From the NCBI GenBank assembly GCA_026415015.1, contig JAOAHW010000209.1, forward strand, positions 1 through 34,166: a DNA stretch of 34,166 nt, read 5' to 3'. This DNA comes from Syntrophorhabdaceae bacterium (GTDB taxonomy: Bacteria > Desulfobacterota > Syntrophorhabdia > Syntrophorhabdales > Syntrophorhabdaceae). Positions 26,136 through 34,166 of the stretch are shown piece after piece. The position numbers and the translations under genes are program-made. How positions within the stretch are numbered: the first letter of the stretch is position 1; each line of letters starts with the position of its first letter. The notes below the pieces were generated by a model. The model made no database searches. It saw only the letters and a list, made by a program, of their open reading frames with translations, and was not told where the DNA came from.

Positions 26136-27758
26136 ATGAGGGTCTCTGGCAATATAGTTGATATCCTGAATAACGAGGTATATCCTGGCACAATAGAGAT
26201 AAAAGACAGGGCCATAAAAGGCATATTCAGGGAAAGCAGTAGATACAACACATACATCCTCCCTGGTTTTATAGATGCCCACTGCCACATAGAGAGTTCC
26301 ATGCTCTGTCCCTCTGAATTTGCTCGAATTGCCACAGTCCACGGCACAATAGCCACTGTCTCTGACCCCCACGAGATAGCAAATGTCCTGGGCATAGACG
26401 GTGTCTACTTTATGATAGACAATGGAAGACAGGTACCTTTTAAGTTTCATTTCGGTGCACCCTCATGCGTCCCAGCTACAGATTTTGAGACAACTGGTGC
26501 TAAAATTGATATATCAGCGCTGGAGACACTCCTTAAAAATCCCGAGATTAAATACTTAAGCGAGATGATGAACTTCCCTGGGGTTATAAACCATGACCCA
26601 CAGGTGATGGATAAGATCACCCTTGCTAAAAGATTTAAAAAACCAATAGATGGACATGCCCCTGGTCTCAGGGGTGATGCCCTCAAAAGATATATAGAGG
26701 CAGGTATAACAACCGACCATGAGACCTTTGGATATGATGAGGCCGAGGAAAAGATTAATCTTGGCATGAAGGTCATAATAAGAGAGGGATCTGCTGCAAA
26801 AAACTTCGATACACTAAGCACTCTTATATCAAAATATCCCCACAATTGTATGTTTTGCAGCGATGATAAACACCCTGATGACCTCGTAGAGGGACACATA
26901 AACTCCCTTGTAAAGAGGGCGGTGCTTTCTGGGATAGACCTAATGAAGGTGCTGTGGTGTGCGTGTGTAAATCCTGTTTTTCACTATGGACTTGAAGTAG
27001 GTCTTCTAAGAGATAGTGACCCTGCTGATTTTATTGAGGTGGATAGCCTGCAAGACTTTAATATTTTAAGGACATATATAAATGGTAGGGTTGTGGCAGA
27101 AGAAGGCAGCCCTTTGATAGAACATATACCTGCAAGACACATAAACAGATTTGGGACACAAATAAAATCTCCCTTAGATTTCATTTTATACGGCAATCAA
27201 GACAAAAAGACAAATATTATAGAGGCCATAGATGGACAGATCATAACAGGCTGGTCCAAGACAACACTTAGACCAACTGACGGATGCTTTAAGGCAGACA
27301 GAGAAAGGGATATATTAAAGATTGCAGTAATAAACCGTTACAGTAATGAAAGACCTGCAATGGCCTTTATCAAGAATTTCGGCCTGAAAAAAGGTGCTAT
27401 TGCCTCGTCCATCGCCCATGACTCACACAATATAGTAGTAGTGGGTACAGATGATGAAGACATATGCAGTGCTGTAAACCTAATCATTGAAAAAAAAGGC
27501 GGGCTTGCTGTAGCTGTAGGGAATATACAAATGGTTATGCCTTTGCCTGTAGCAGGGCTTATGTCAGATGGAGATGGTTATGAGGTGGCCAGGACATACA
27601 AAAACCTTGACAGGCTTGCAAAACAAATTGGCACAAGCCTCAATTCGCCATTTATGACCCTTTCCTTTATGTCACTACCTGTCATACCTAGACTTAAGAT
27701 TACTGACAGAGGTCTGTTTGATGTGGATAGGTTTAGATTTATTGACCTTTTTGCCTGA
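26136..27758 (+). CDS. ade: Adenine deaminase
   Basis: 540 aa. FIDAHCHIESSML metal-binding motif plus the overall amidohydrolase/AdeC pattern. Confidence 0.88.
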   Translation: MRVSGNIVDILNNEVYPGTIEIKDRAIKGIFRESSRYNTYILPGFIDAHCHIESSMLCPSEFARIATVHGTIATVSDPHEIANVLGIDGVYFMIDNGRQVPFKFHFGAPSCVPATDFETTGAKIDISALETLLKNPEIKYLSEMMNFPGVINHDPQVMDKITLAKRFKKPIDGHAPGLRGDALKRYIEAGITTDHETFGYDEAEEKINLGMKVIIREGSAAKNFDTLSTLISKYPHNCMFCSDDKHPDDLVEGHINSLVKRAVLSGIDLMKVLWCACVNPVFHYGLEVGLLRDSDPADFIEVDSLQDFNILRTYINGRVVAEEGSPLIEHIPARHINRFGTQIKSPLDFILYGNQDKKTNIIEAIDGQIITGWSKTTLRPTDGCFKADRERDILKIAVINRYSNERPAMAFIKNFGLKKGAIASSIAHDSHNIVVVGTDDEDICSAVNLIIEKKGGLAVAVGNIQMVMPLPVAGLMSDGDGYEVARTYKNLDRLAKQIGTSLNSPFMTLSFMSLPVIPRLKITDRGLFDVDRFRFIDLFA

Positions 27759-27765
27759 TCATCAG

Positions 27766-27788
27766 ACCTTTGGAAAGGTTCTTTTATT
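27766..27788 (+). terminator. Weak intrinsic terminator candidate after ade
   Basis: ACCTT-TGGA-AAGGT hairpin followed by TCTTTTATT. The stem is only 5 bp. Confidence 0.3.
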
Positions 27789-27795
27789 CATAAAA

Positions 27796-27824
27796 TTGAC
27801 TTAATAATGAAAATATTCTAATAT
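27796..27824 (+). promoter_or_regulatory. Sigma70-type promoter of the DRTGG/HydS cassette (TTGACT-17-TAATAT)
   Basis: Near-consensus hexamers with a 17-nt spacer. This predicts a 5' leader of about 170 nt before ATG 28001. Confidence 0.55.
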
Positions 27825-28000
27825 ATGAAACAGGTGAAGATTACTGGGGAACAGGATTCATTTTTATTCCATACAAGACCTTTAAAAGTTTTTTTTCATT
27901 TCCTTCAAACTATAGGTTTAAACGGTATAGGAGCAAATATCAGATCAAGGGGTATCTATTCTATGGGGATAAAATTAAATGGGTGTGGATTATAATAGCT

Positions 28001-28357
28001 ATGAATCTAAGAGATGTTAAAGAGATACTTGATGCTGAGGTTTTATGCTGTGAGGACCTCCTTGACCGTGAGGTAACAACATGCTTTGCCTGTGACCTGA
28101 TAAGCGAGATGTTACTCCATGTCCAGTCAAACACACTCCTTGTTACATCCCTTACCAATGCCCATATACTACATGCTGCTCAGGTAATGGATGCCCTTGC
28201 TGTGGTCTTTGTGGCAGGTAAAAGGCCTGATGTAAATGTGATTAAAAAAAGTGAACAGAGTGGTCTACCCCTCATGACAACAAAAAAATTGATCTTTGAG
28301 TGCTGCGGGCTACTTTATATGAACGGAATAAGGGGTAACCTTGAAGAATATGATTAA
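28001..28357 (+). CDS. DRTGG domain protein
   Basis: MNLRDVKEIL...ACDLISEMLL...LLVTSLTN...AVVFVAGKRP. The internal ATG 28001 is preferred over GTG 27983. Confidence 0.75.
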   Translation: MNLRDVKEILDAEVLCCEDLLDREVTTCFACDLISEMLLHVQSNTLLVTSLTNAHILHAAQVMDALAVVFVAGKRPDVNVIKKSEQSGLPLMTTKKLIFECCGLLYMNGIRGNLEEYD

Positions 28358-28825
28358 TTGGTAAAGACTATGTTGAATGACAGTTTTAGATTCACACCAC
28401 ATATAACACTGGAATTCAAGATAGGGGAAAAGGACTTCTTCATTGCTGGTGAATCTGCATCAAGGGTAAAAAAGACACTTCAGCAACTTGGCATGAAACA
28501 GGAGATTATAAAAAGAACAGCCATAATCATCTATGAGGCTGCCATGAATGTGGCAATCCACGCCAATCATGGGACTCTCAAGGTCTATATAGACCCTGAG
28601 GTCATATCCATAATAACAGAGGATAAAGGCCCAGGCATACCAGATATTGAACTGGCCATGAAGGAGGGTTATTCTACAGCCTCCCATGAGGTGAGGGAGA
28701 TGGGTTTTGGTGCTGGTATGGGTCTGCCGAACATAAAACAATGTTCCGATGAGCTCGATATAGACACAAAGGTCGGTGTTGGAACTACATTAAAGGCAAA
28801 GATTTGCCTGAATAATAAAGTATAA
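28358..28825 (+). CDS. HATPase_c protein, SpoIIAB-like Ser/Thr kinase / anti-sigma-factor-type ATPase
   Basis: N box EAAMNVAIHA, G1 box EDKGPGI, G2 box GFGAGMGLPN. The start is either TTG 28358 or ATG 28370. Confidence 0.8.
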   Translation: MVKTMLNDSFRFTPHITLEFKIGEKDFFIAGESASRVKKTLQQLGMKQEIIKRTAIIIYEAAMNVAIHANHGTLKVYIDPEVISIITEDKGPGIPDIELAMKEGYSTASHEVREMGFGAGMGLPNIKQCSDELDIDTKVGVGTTLKAKICLNNKV

Positions 28826-28844
28826 AAGAATAGGTAGAATAGAT

Positions 28845-30194
28845 ATGACTGAATATTTTCATTCTGTAACACTTGACTTTGAAAAATGCAAGGGATGCAC
28901 AAACTGTATAAAAAAGTGTCCTATGGAGGCCATACGTGTCCATGACGGTAAGGCTACTATTATGCAGGAGAGGTGTATAGACTGCGGTGAGTGCATAAGG
29001 TGCTGTCCCAATCATGCTAAGATTGCAGTAACAGATACACTTGACATATTATCTGAATACAAATACAGGATAGCACTGCCTGCACCATCCTTTTTCGGTC
29101 AGTTTAAGGAATTAGAGAATGCAGATTGCGTGCTCCATGGACTATTGAGCATAGGTTTTGATGAAGTCTTTGAGGTTGCCCTTGCTGCCGAGATTGTAGG
29201 ATATTTGGTGCATCAATATATAAAGGACAGTAAGATAAAAAGACCTATCTTCTCATCCGCCTGTCCTGCAGTGCTTAGGCTTGTGCAGATAAAATTTCCT
29301 GACCTCCTTGAGCAGATTGCCCCTATCCTTACACCTATGGAGGTGGCAGCAAGGCTGGCTAAGGAAGAGGCAGTGAAAAAGACAGGCATAGATTATGAAG
29401 ACATAGGCGCCTTTTTCATATCACCATGCCCTGCCAAGGTGACAGAGATGAGAAATCCCATGACCACAAAACACTCTGCAGTAAACGGTGTTATAGGTGT
29501 GCAACTCATCTACAAGGATATAATAAAATATATTATCAAGGAAAAGACACAGAAAGTGTCTTCAACACTTCAGAAGGCTACAAAGCTCGGGATGGCATGG
29601 GGGTATGTAACTGGAGAATCCAAAAACGTGGATGCCAGCACAACGCTTGCAGTAAGTGGTATCCACAATGTTATAAGCCTCCTTGAAGAGATAGAGAGAG
29701 GTGAGTTAAAAAATGTTGATTTTATAGAGCTTCAGGCATGTATAGGTGGCTGCGTTGGTGGCCCGTTAAATATACACAATCTCTTTGTTGGGAGGGTAAG
29801 GCTAAGGGAGCTTATAAAAAAGTGTGGATCAAGACCGTCTTATTATACAGATGAGGAGCTCCATAGGTTTTACACCCAAGGTCACTATGTATCTACAGAA
29901 CCAGTACAGCCCAAGACAATTATGCATCTTGATGAGGATATGTCAATAGCAATAATGAAGATGGAGCGCCTTGACAAGATTACAAATGAACTCCCAGGAC
30001 TTGATTGCGGTGCCTGTGGCTCGCCAAGCTGTAGGGCCCTGGCAGAGGATATAATAAGGGGCATAGCCTTTGAAACAGACTGTGTCATAAAACTGAGGGA
30101 AAAGGTTAAAACCCTGGCAGAGGAGATTCTTGATCTGGCAAGGATAGTCCCCCCTGTTATGGCTGATTCTTCTAAAAAGACAGGGGACAAATAA
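28845..30194 (+). CDS. [FeFe]-hydrogenase-like protein, putative sensory HydS type (group D-like)
   Basis: 449 aa. 2x CxxCxxCxxxCP (aa 15-54). H-cluster motif variants FSSACP (aa 136-141), ISPCPAK (aa 192-198) and ELQACIGGCVGG (aa 295-306). C-terminal C388x2Cx4Cx16C413. Confidence 0.8.
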   Translation: MTEYFHSVTLDFEKCKGCTNCIKKCPMEAIRVHDGKATIMQERCIDCGECIRCCPNHAKIAVTDTLDILSEYKYRIALPAPSFFGQFKELENADCVLHGLLSIGFDEVFEVALAAEIVGYLVHQYIKDSKIKRPIFSSACPAVLRLVQIKFPDLLEQIAPILTPMEVAARLAKEEAVKKTGIDYEDIGAFFISPCPAKVTEMRNPMTTKHSAVNGVIGVQLIYKDIIKYIIKEKTQKVSSTLQKATKLGMAWGYVTGESKNVDASTTLAVSGIHNVISLLEEIERGELKNVDFIELQACIGGCVGGPLNIHNLFVGRVRLRELIKKCGSRPSYYTDEELHRFYTQGHYVSTEPVQPKTIMHLDEDMSIAIMKMERLDKITNELPGLDCGACGSPSCRALAEDIIRGIAFETDCVIKLREKVKTLAEEILDLARIVPPVMADSSKKTGDK

Positions 30195-30210
30195 AAATTG
30201 AGGTGATGAT

Positions 30211-30552
30211 ATGACTCTCGGTGAATTGGCAGATAGCCTTGGATTTGAGATTTTAACAGGGGATATAAATCTTAAAAGGGAGATAAAGTCAGGGTATGTA
30301 TCTGATCTTCTCTCTGATGTGATTGCAAACATAGAGATGGATTCTGTGTGGATAACAATCCAGAGACATATTAATATACTCGGAGTAGCAAAACTTAAGG
30401 ATGTGGCTGCCATTATAATACCCAGGAATCTCCAGCTCGATAAAGATGTAATCGAAAAGGCAAAAGAGGAGAATATAGCAATCTTAAGAGACAGCCGCTC
30501 TGCCTTTGAGATTGCAGGTCTTATATATAATGCCTTGAAAAAAGGTATGTAA
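30211..30552 (+). CDS. DRTGG domain protein (second copy)
   Basis: 113 aa. VSDLLSDVIAN...AAIIIPRN...ENIAIL pattern. Confidence 0.75.
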   Translation: MTLGELADSLGFEILTGDINLKREIKSGYVSDLLSDVIANIEMDSVWITIQRHINILGVAKLKDVAAIIIPRNLQLDKDVIEKAKEENIAILRDSRSAFEIAGLIYNALKKGM

Positions 30553-30553
30553 G

Positions 30554-31270
30554 GTGTCATGGTTTTCCTGTGACCTCCATATACACTCTACACTCTCACC
30601 ATGTGCAAGCCTTGATATGTCACCAAAGAATATTGTTTTGAAAGCTAAAGAAGTGGGTCTCCATATCATAGCTATAACAGACCACAATATGACTGAAAAC
30701 TCCATCTTTGCCCATGAAATAGGAAAAAAAATAGGCCTTACTGTTCTATTTGGTATGGAGCTCCAGACCCAGGAGGAGATCCATCTTTTGGCTATATTCG
30801 ATGATTATCATACTGCCATGGAACTTCAAAAAAAGGTCTACTCTCTCCTGCCCCATATTAAAAATGATGTAAACTATTTTGGTGACCAGGTTGTGGTGGA
30901 TGAAAATGACGAGATAATACGCTTTGAAGACAGAATGCTTCTCAATTCCTCACAGATAACCATAGAGGACGCAGTAGAATGGATCAAGGCCCATGGAGGG
31001 ATTGCAATACCATCCCATATCGATAGCACCACATTCAGTATAATAAGCCAGCTTGGTTTTATACCAGATAATATCCCTTTTGATGCACTTGAGATAAAAA
31101 AAAGTGAAAATATACCAGATGTCTTACCTTTTATTATTAGAAAAGACATCCCCTTTGTAACATTTTCAGATGCCCATTATCTAAATGACATAGGAAAGAA
31201 AAGGACTACTCTTCATATGGATGAGCCAACATGCAAAGACATAAAAGCAGCTCTAAAATTATTGAGGTGA
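30554..31270 (+). CDS. PHP-domain phosphoesterase
   Basis: 238 aa. CDLHIHSTLSPCA, ITDHN and PSHID His/Asp motifs of the PHP family. The GTG start abuts the upstream stop codon. Confidence 0.8.
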   Translation: MSWFSCDLHIHSTLSPCASLDMSPKNIVLKAKEVGLHIIAITDHNMTENSIFAHEIGKKIGLTVLFGMELQTQEEIHLLAIFDDYHTAMELQKKVYSLLPHIKNDVNYFGDQVVVDENDEIIRFEDRMLLNSSQITIEDAVEWIKAHGGIAIPSHIDSTTFSIISQLGFIPDNIPFDALEIKKSENIPDVLPFIIRKDIPFVTFSDAHYLNDIGKKRTTLHMDEPTCKDIKAALKLLR

Positions 31271-33346
31271 GATTACTATCCTTGCATCTACTGCATATAG
31301 ATCATCGCCTTCACCTTTTATTGGATTTATGTCTATCTCTGATATATCTGGAAAATCTTCGACTAACCTCCCTATCCTCACCAGATAATCGGTAAGGATT
31401 TCTATGGACATACCTTTTTGACCCCTTATCCCTTTAATAAGGGAAAATCCTCTTATATTCGTGATCATATCGTATGCCTCTTCCTTTGTTAATGGAGCCA
31501 TATTAAAGACCATATCCTTTAATGCTTCTGTATATATCCCACCAAGACCGAACATAATAAGGTGTCCTGAGGTATCATCACGTTTACAGCCTATTATTAT
31601 CTCATTTCCTACAACAAGCTGCTGAGCCAGAACTGCAATAGCTCCTTCAATCTTTATCAATTCCTCCCAGATGCTCAAGGCCTTTTCCTGTGAGTCTATC
31701 CCTACCCTCACCCCATTTGTTTCTGTTTTATGGATTGGTCCAATTGCCTTCATAACCATAGGAAAACCAATTTTTTCACAAGCTGAGTAAACATCTTTTT
31801 TAGAAGTCATGTAAACCTGTAATGGCATTTTAAATCGTAAATAGCCTAATATCTTTGAGACATCAGAAAAAGATAATATACCTCTTTTGTCTATAATATC
31901 TTTTACAGCATTTTTATCATAATGGAAAACCTCATTTGATTTTTTATAGATCTTTGGTTTTCTCAAAACCTTTCCCATTGCCTTTGCAAGATTCACCTCA
32001 TCGAAAAAATAAAAATTGCCTTGTGAGGCAAACTCCATCAAAGGTCTATGACATGTTGTGACTGAGCTAAAAACAGGTATTATAGGGATTGTGCTGTATT
32101 TTATCGCTATTGCTATCTCATCGTATATTTTTTTATTATCAAAAAAGCCTGGATTTGCAATCATAACAACTATTACATCTATGTTGTCTTTTTCTTCTTC
32201 ATTTAAAATCTTCAATATCTCTTTTATCTGTGTTGCTGTCCTTGAAGGAAAACAGTCAATAGGATTAAGCACTGAACATTCAGGGGGAAGTATTTTTCCT
32301 ATAATATTTTGCGTATCTTCTCTCAAGACAGGGACTTTAAATCCCTGCCTCTCTAACTCATCAGTTATTATAACCCCTGGTCCACCTGCGTCTGTTATAA
32401 CGCATACATGGTTCCCTTTAAACTTACCTCTTATCGCCTTTAAAACACAGGCAATATCAATCATCTCTATCTTGCTTTCTGCCCTTATTATCCCTGCCTT
32501 TTTAAATAAGGTGTCTACTACTGTATCATTATTTGCCATAGCCCCTGTATGACTTATGGCTGCCCTGACACCTGCATCTGTGGCCCCTGATTTTATTGCA
32601 ATGATTGAACAACCTTTTTCAACGAGTCTCTTTGTATGGCTGAGAAACTCTCGGGGTTTCTTAAGGGATTCTATATACATCATCAAAATAGGTGCACCAC
32701 CTATTTCATAGTGTTCCCCATAGAGTCCAATAAGATCCTCAATACCAATCTGAACAGAATTGCCTACATTTACAACATTAGAGAATGATAACCCTCTGCT
32801 TACCGCCTGTTCCATAACAAGGTCTACAAATGCACCCGAACCACTTATCAGGTCTATTGCTCCAGGTTTTGTTTCAGGCATAATACCTGCAAACTTACCG
32901 CTATAGTAAGGGGTCATAAAACCAGAGCAATTAGGACCTATCATTATTATTCCATTTTCATTTGCAATTTTTAAAAGATGCGCCTCTTTTTTCTTTCCCT
33001 CTTTATCTTTTTCCCCAAAGCCTGCAGATATAATTATCACTGCCTTGACCCCTATCTCTGCCATCTCCTCAAAAACTGCTATAACTGCCTTTGCTGGAAC
33101 CACAATAATGGCAAGTTCTGGTATCTCTGGGAGTTCTTTGAGTGAAGGATAAGAGTCAATGCCCAATACCTTATTGCCTTTAGGGTTTACAACCATAAGT
33201 CTACCTTCATATCTATGGTCAATTATATTTTTTAAGATTTTTCCACCTGGTTTGTTTGTGTCCTCGCTGGCACCCACTATAACAATAGAATCAGGCATAA
33301 ACAATGCCTTATACTGTAAAAATGAACCTTTGACCTCTGTATCCAT
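31259..33346 (-). CDS. Acetate--CoA ligase (ADP-forming), fused alpha/beta (ACD)
   Basis: 695 aa. CoA-binding IVIVGASEDTNKPGG, a succinyl-CoA-synthetase-like ligase domain and a C-terminal ATP-grasp. It converges on the PHP gene and overlaps it by 12 nt. Confidence 0.85.
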   Translation of the reverse strand: MDTEVKGSFLQYKALFMPDSIVIVGASEDTNKPGGKILKNIIDHRYEGRLMVVNPKGNKVLGIDSYPSLKELPEIPELAIIVVPAKAVIAVFEEMAEIGVKAVIIISAGFGEKDKEGKKKEAHLLKIANENGIIMIGPNCSGFMTPYYSGKFAGIMPETKPGAIDLISGSGAFVDLVMEQAVSRGLSFSNVVNVGNSVQIGIEDLIGLYGEHYEIGGAPILMMYIESLKKPREFLSHTKRLVEKGCSIIAIKSGATDAGVRAAISHTGAMANNDTVVDTLFKKAGIIRAESKIEMIDIACVLKAIRGKFKGNHVCVITDAGGPGVIITDELERQGFKVPVLREDTQNIIGKILPPECSVLNPIDCFPSRTATQIKEILKILNEEEKDNIDVIVVMIANPGFFDNKKIYDEIAIAIKYSTIPIIPVFSSVTTCHRPLMEFASQGNFYFFDEVNLAKAMGKVLRKPKIYKKSNEVFHYDKNAVKDIIDKRGILSFSDVSKILGYLRFKMPLQVYMTSKKDVYSACEKIGFPMVMKAIGPIHKTETNGVRVGIDSQEKALSIWEELIKIEGAIAVLAQQLVVGNEIIIGCKRDDTSGHLIMFGLGGIYTEALKDMVFNMAPLTKEEAYDMITNIRGFSLIKGIRGQKGMSIEILTDYLVRIGRLVEDFPDISEIDINPIKGEGDDLYAVDARIVISPQ

Positions 33347-33353
33347 ATCTTTA

Positions 33354-34147
33354 TCACCTCTCTTTTTTTCTCATCATCAGGGATGTCATAGCCCCGATTA
33401 CTGCTACACATGTAGATAATGCAAAGGGATATTTGAATGATCCGGTTATATCCTTTAGCCAGCCCGCTATAAAAGGACCTAATGCCTGACCAATTCCAAA
33501 AAAAAGTGTTATAAAACCAAGGGCAGCAGGTGCAAGCCTCGCCCCTATTGCATCTCCTGCTGCGGCAGCCATAATTACCGGTATAGAAAAGGCAGTGAGA
33601 CCAAATAGAATAGCTGATATATAGAACAGGGGGATCGATTTTGTAATAATAAGAAAAAGACATGAGATGGCAAGGACAAGATATGCACCCATGGAGGCAT
33701 ATCTCCTGCCAACTATATCAGATAAACCACCCCATATAACACCACAGAAAATGGCACAGAATCCCAGAATCGCAAATAAATGACCTGCTGAGGAATCAGA
33801 TAGACCGATCTCTTTGGTGAGAAATGCTATGATAAATGTAAGATAGATGATATATGAGAATCCATACATAAAATATACTAATCCGAGCTTCCATATCTCC
33901 TTTTCATTTAAAAGTATCTTCCATGTGGAAAATAATGATATCTTTTCATTGCCTTCAGCGGGCTGACCATTACCTCCATATATGGTCAAGCCTTTCTCCC
34001 CTGGTGTATCCCTTAAGAGGGCATAGCATACAAAAGAAAATACAAAGACTATTATCCCAAGAAGATACCAGGTATACCTCCAACCATCTGTGCCATACAT
34101 GACTATCAGGCGTGGTATAACAAGACCTGTGATAGAAAGGCCTGTTC
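33354..34147 (-). CDS. MFS transporter (N-terminus cut by contig end)
   Basis: The frame stays open upstream of the track ATG (34100) as far as the adapter (...GTGLSITGLVIPRLIV-MYGTDGWRY...). About six hydrophobic helices are visible. Its stop lies 8 nt before the ACD start. Confidence 0.7.
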
Positions 34148-34166
34148 CTGTCTCTTATACACATCT
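34148..34166. other. Nextera/Tn5 mosaic-end adapter remnant (CTGTCTCTTATACACATCT), technical artefact
   Basis: Exact reverse complement of the ME sequence at positions 1-19. It generates the spurious MCIRDR... ORF. Confidence 0.95.

Noticed and set aside
27825-27995. 56-codon ORF (MKQVKITGEQDSF...) in the leader of the DRTGG cassette
   Set aside because: Its ATG abuts the predicted -10 box, so it would lie upstream of the TSS. It has no SD and no recognisable family.
29943-30560. 205-aa minus-strand ORF
   Set aside because: It is antisense to the HydS-like and DRTGG genes and has no motifs. It is a shadow ORF.
33277-33663. 128-aa minus-strand ORF spanning the ACD start and the MFS end
   Set aside because: It overlaps two well-supported genes in other frames. 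Its translation is Cys/Tyr-rich and low-complexity.
33970-34164. 64-aa ORF starting MCIRDRN...
   Set aside because: It is initiated inside the Nextera adapter; MCIRDR is the translation of the ME sequence. It also lies in a different frame over the real MFS transporter gene.

Overview
A 34.2-kb contig that still carries the Nextera/Tn5 mosaic-end adapter at both ends. It looks like it comes from a strictly anaerobic, moderately AT-rich bacterium, probably a MAG; I cannot assign taxonomy from this window. Coding density is high. I found no rRNA, tRNA, CRISPR, transposase or integrase. Content in order: (i) a truncated CbpA-like J-protein, a DUF89 phosphatase and a cysteine synthase. (ii) A minus-strand Wood-Ljungdahl-type cluster, hdrC-hdrB-(winged-helix ORF)-giant hdrA/hdrL-mvhD-metV-metF. 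Its mvhD is complete only if an in-frame UGA is read as selenocysteine, and two intercistronic gaps carry the same period-7 repeat array in place of a Shine-Dalgarno sequence. (iii) A sharply AT-rich two-gene restriction-modification island (HinP1I/MspI-like nuclease plus an atypical 635-aa SPPY methyltransferase) between radC and hdrC. (iv) larC-larB, then the conserved ffh-rpsP-KH-rimM-trmD-(SPOUT)-rplS-rnhB-yraN block. (v) An IclR regulator with divergent small genes, a Cys-rich lipoprotein, cysS, an orphan OFOR gamma subunit and adenine deaminase. (vi) A DRTGG / HATPase kinase / HydS-like [FeFe]-hydrogenase / DRTGG / PHP cassette (putative H2 sensor) with no catalytic hydrogenase operon next to it. 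(vii) An ADP-forming acetyl-CoA synthetase and a truncated MFS transporter. All calls come from reading translations and motifs by eye; no database search was possible.
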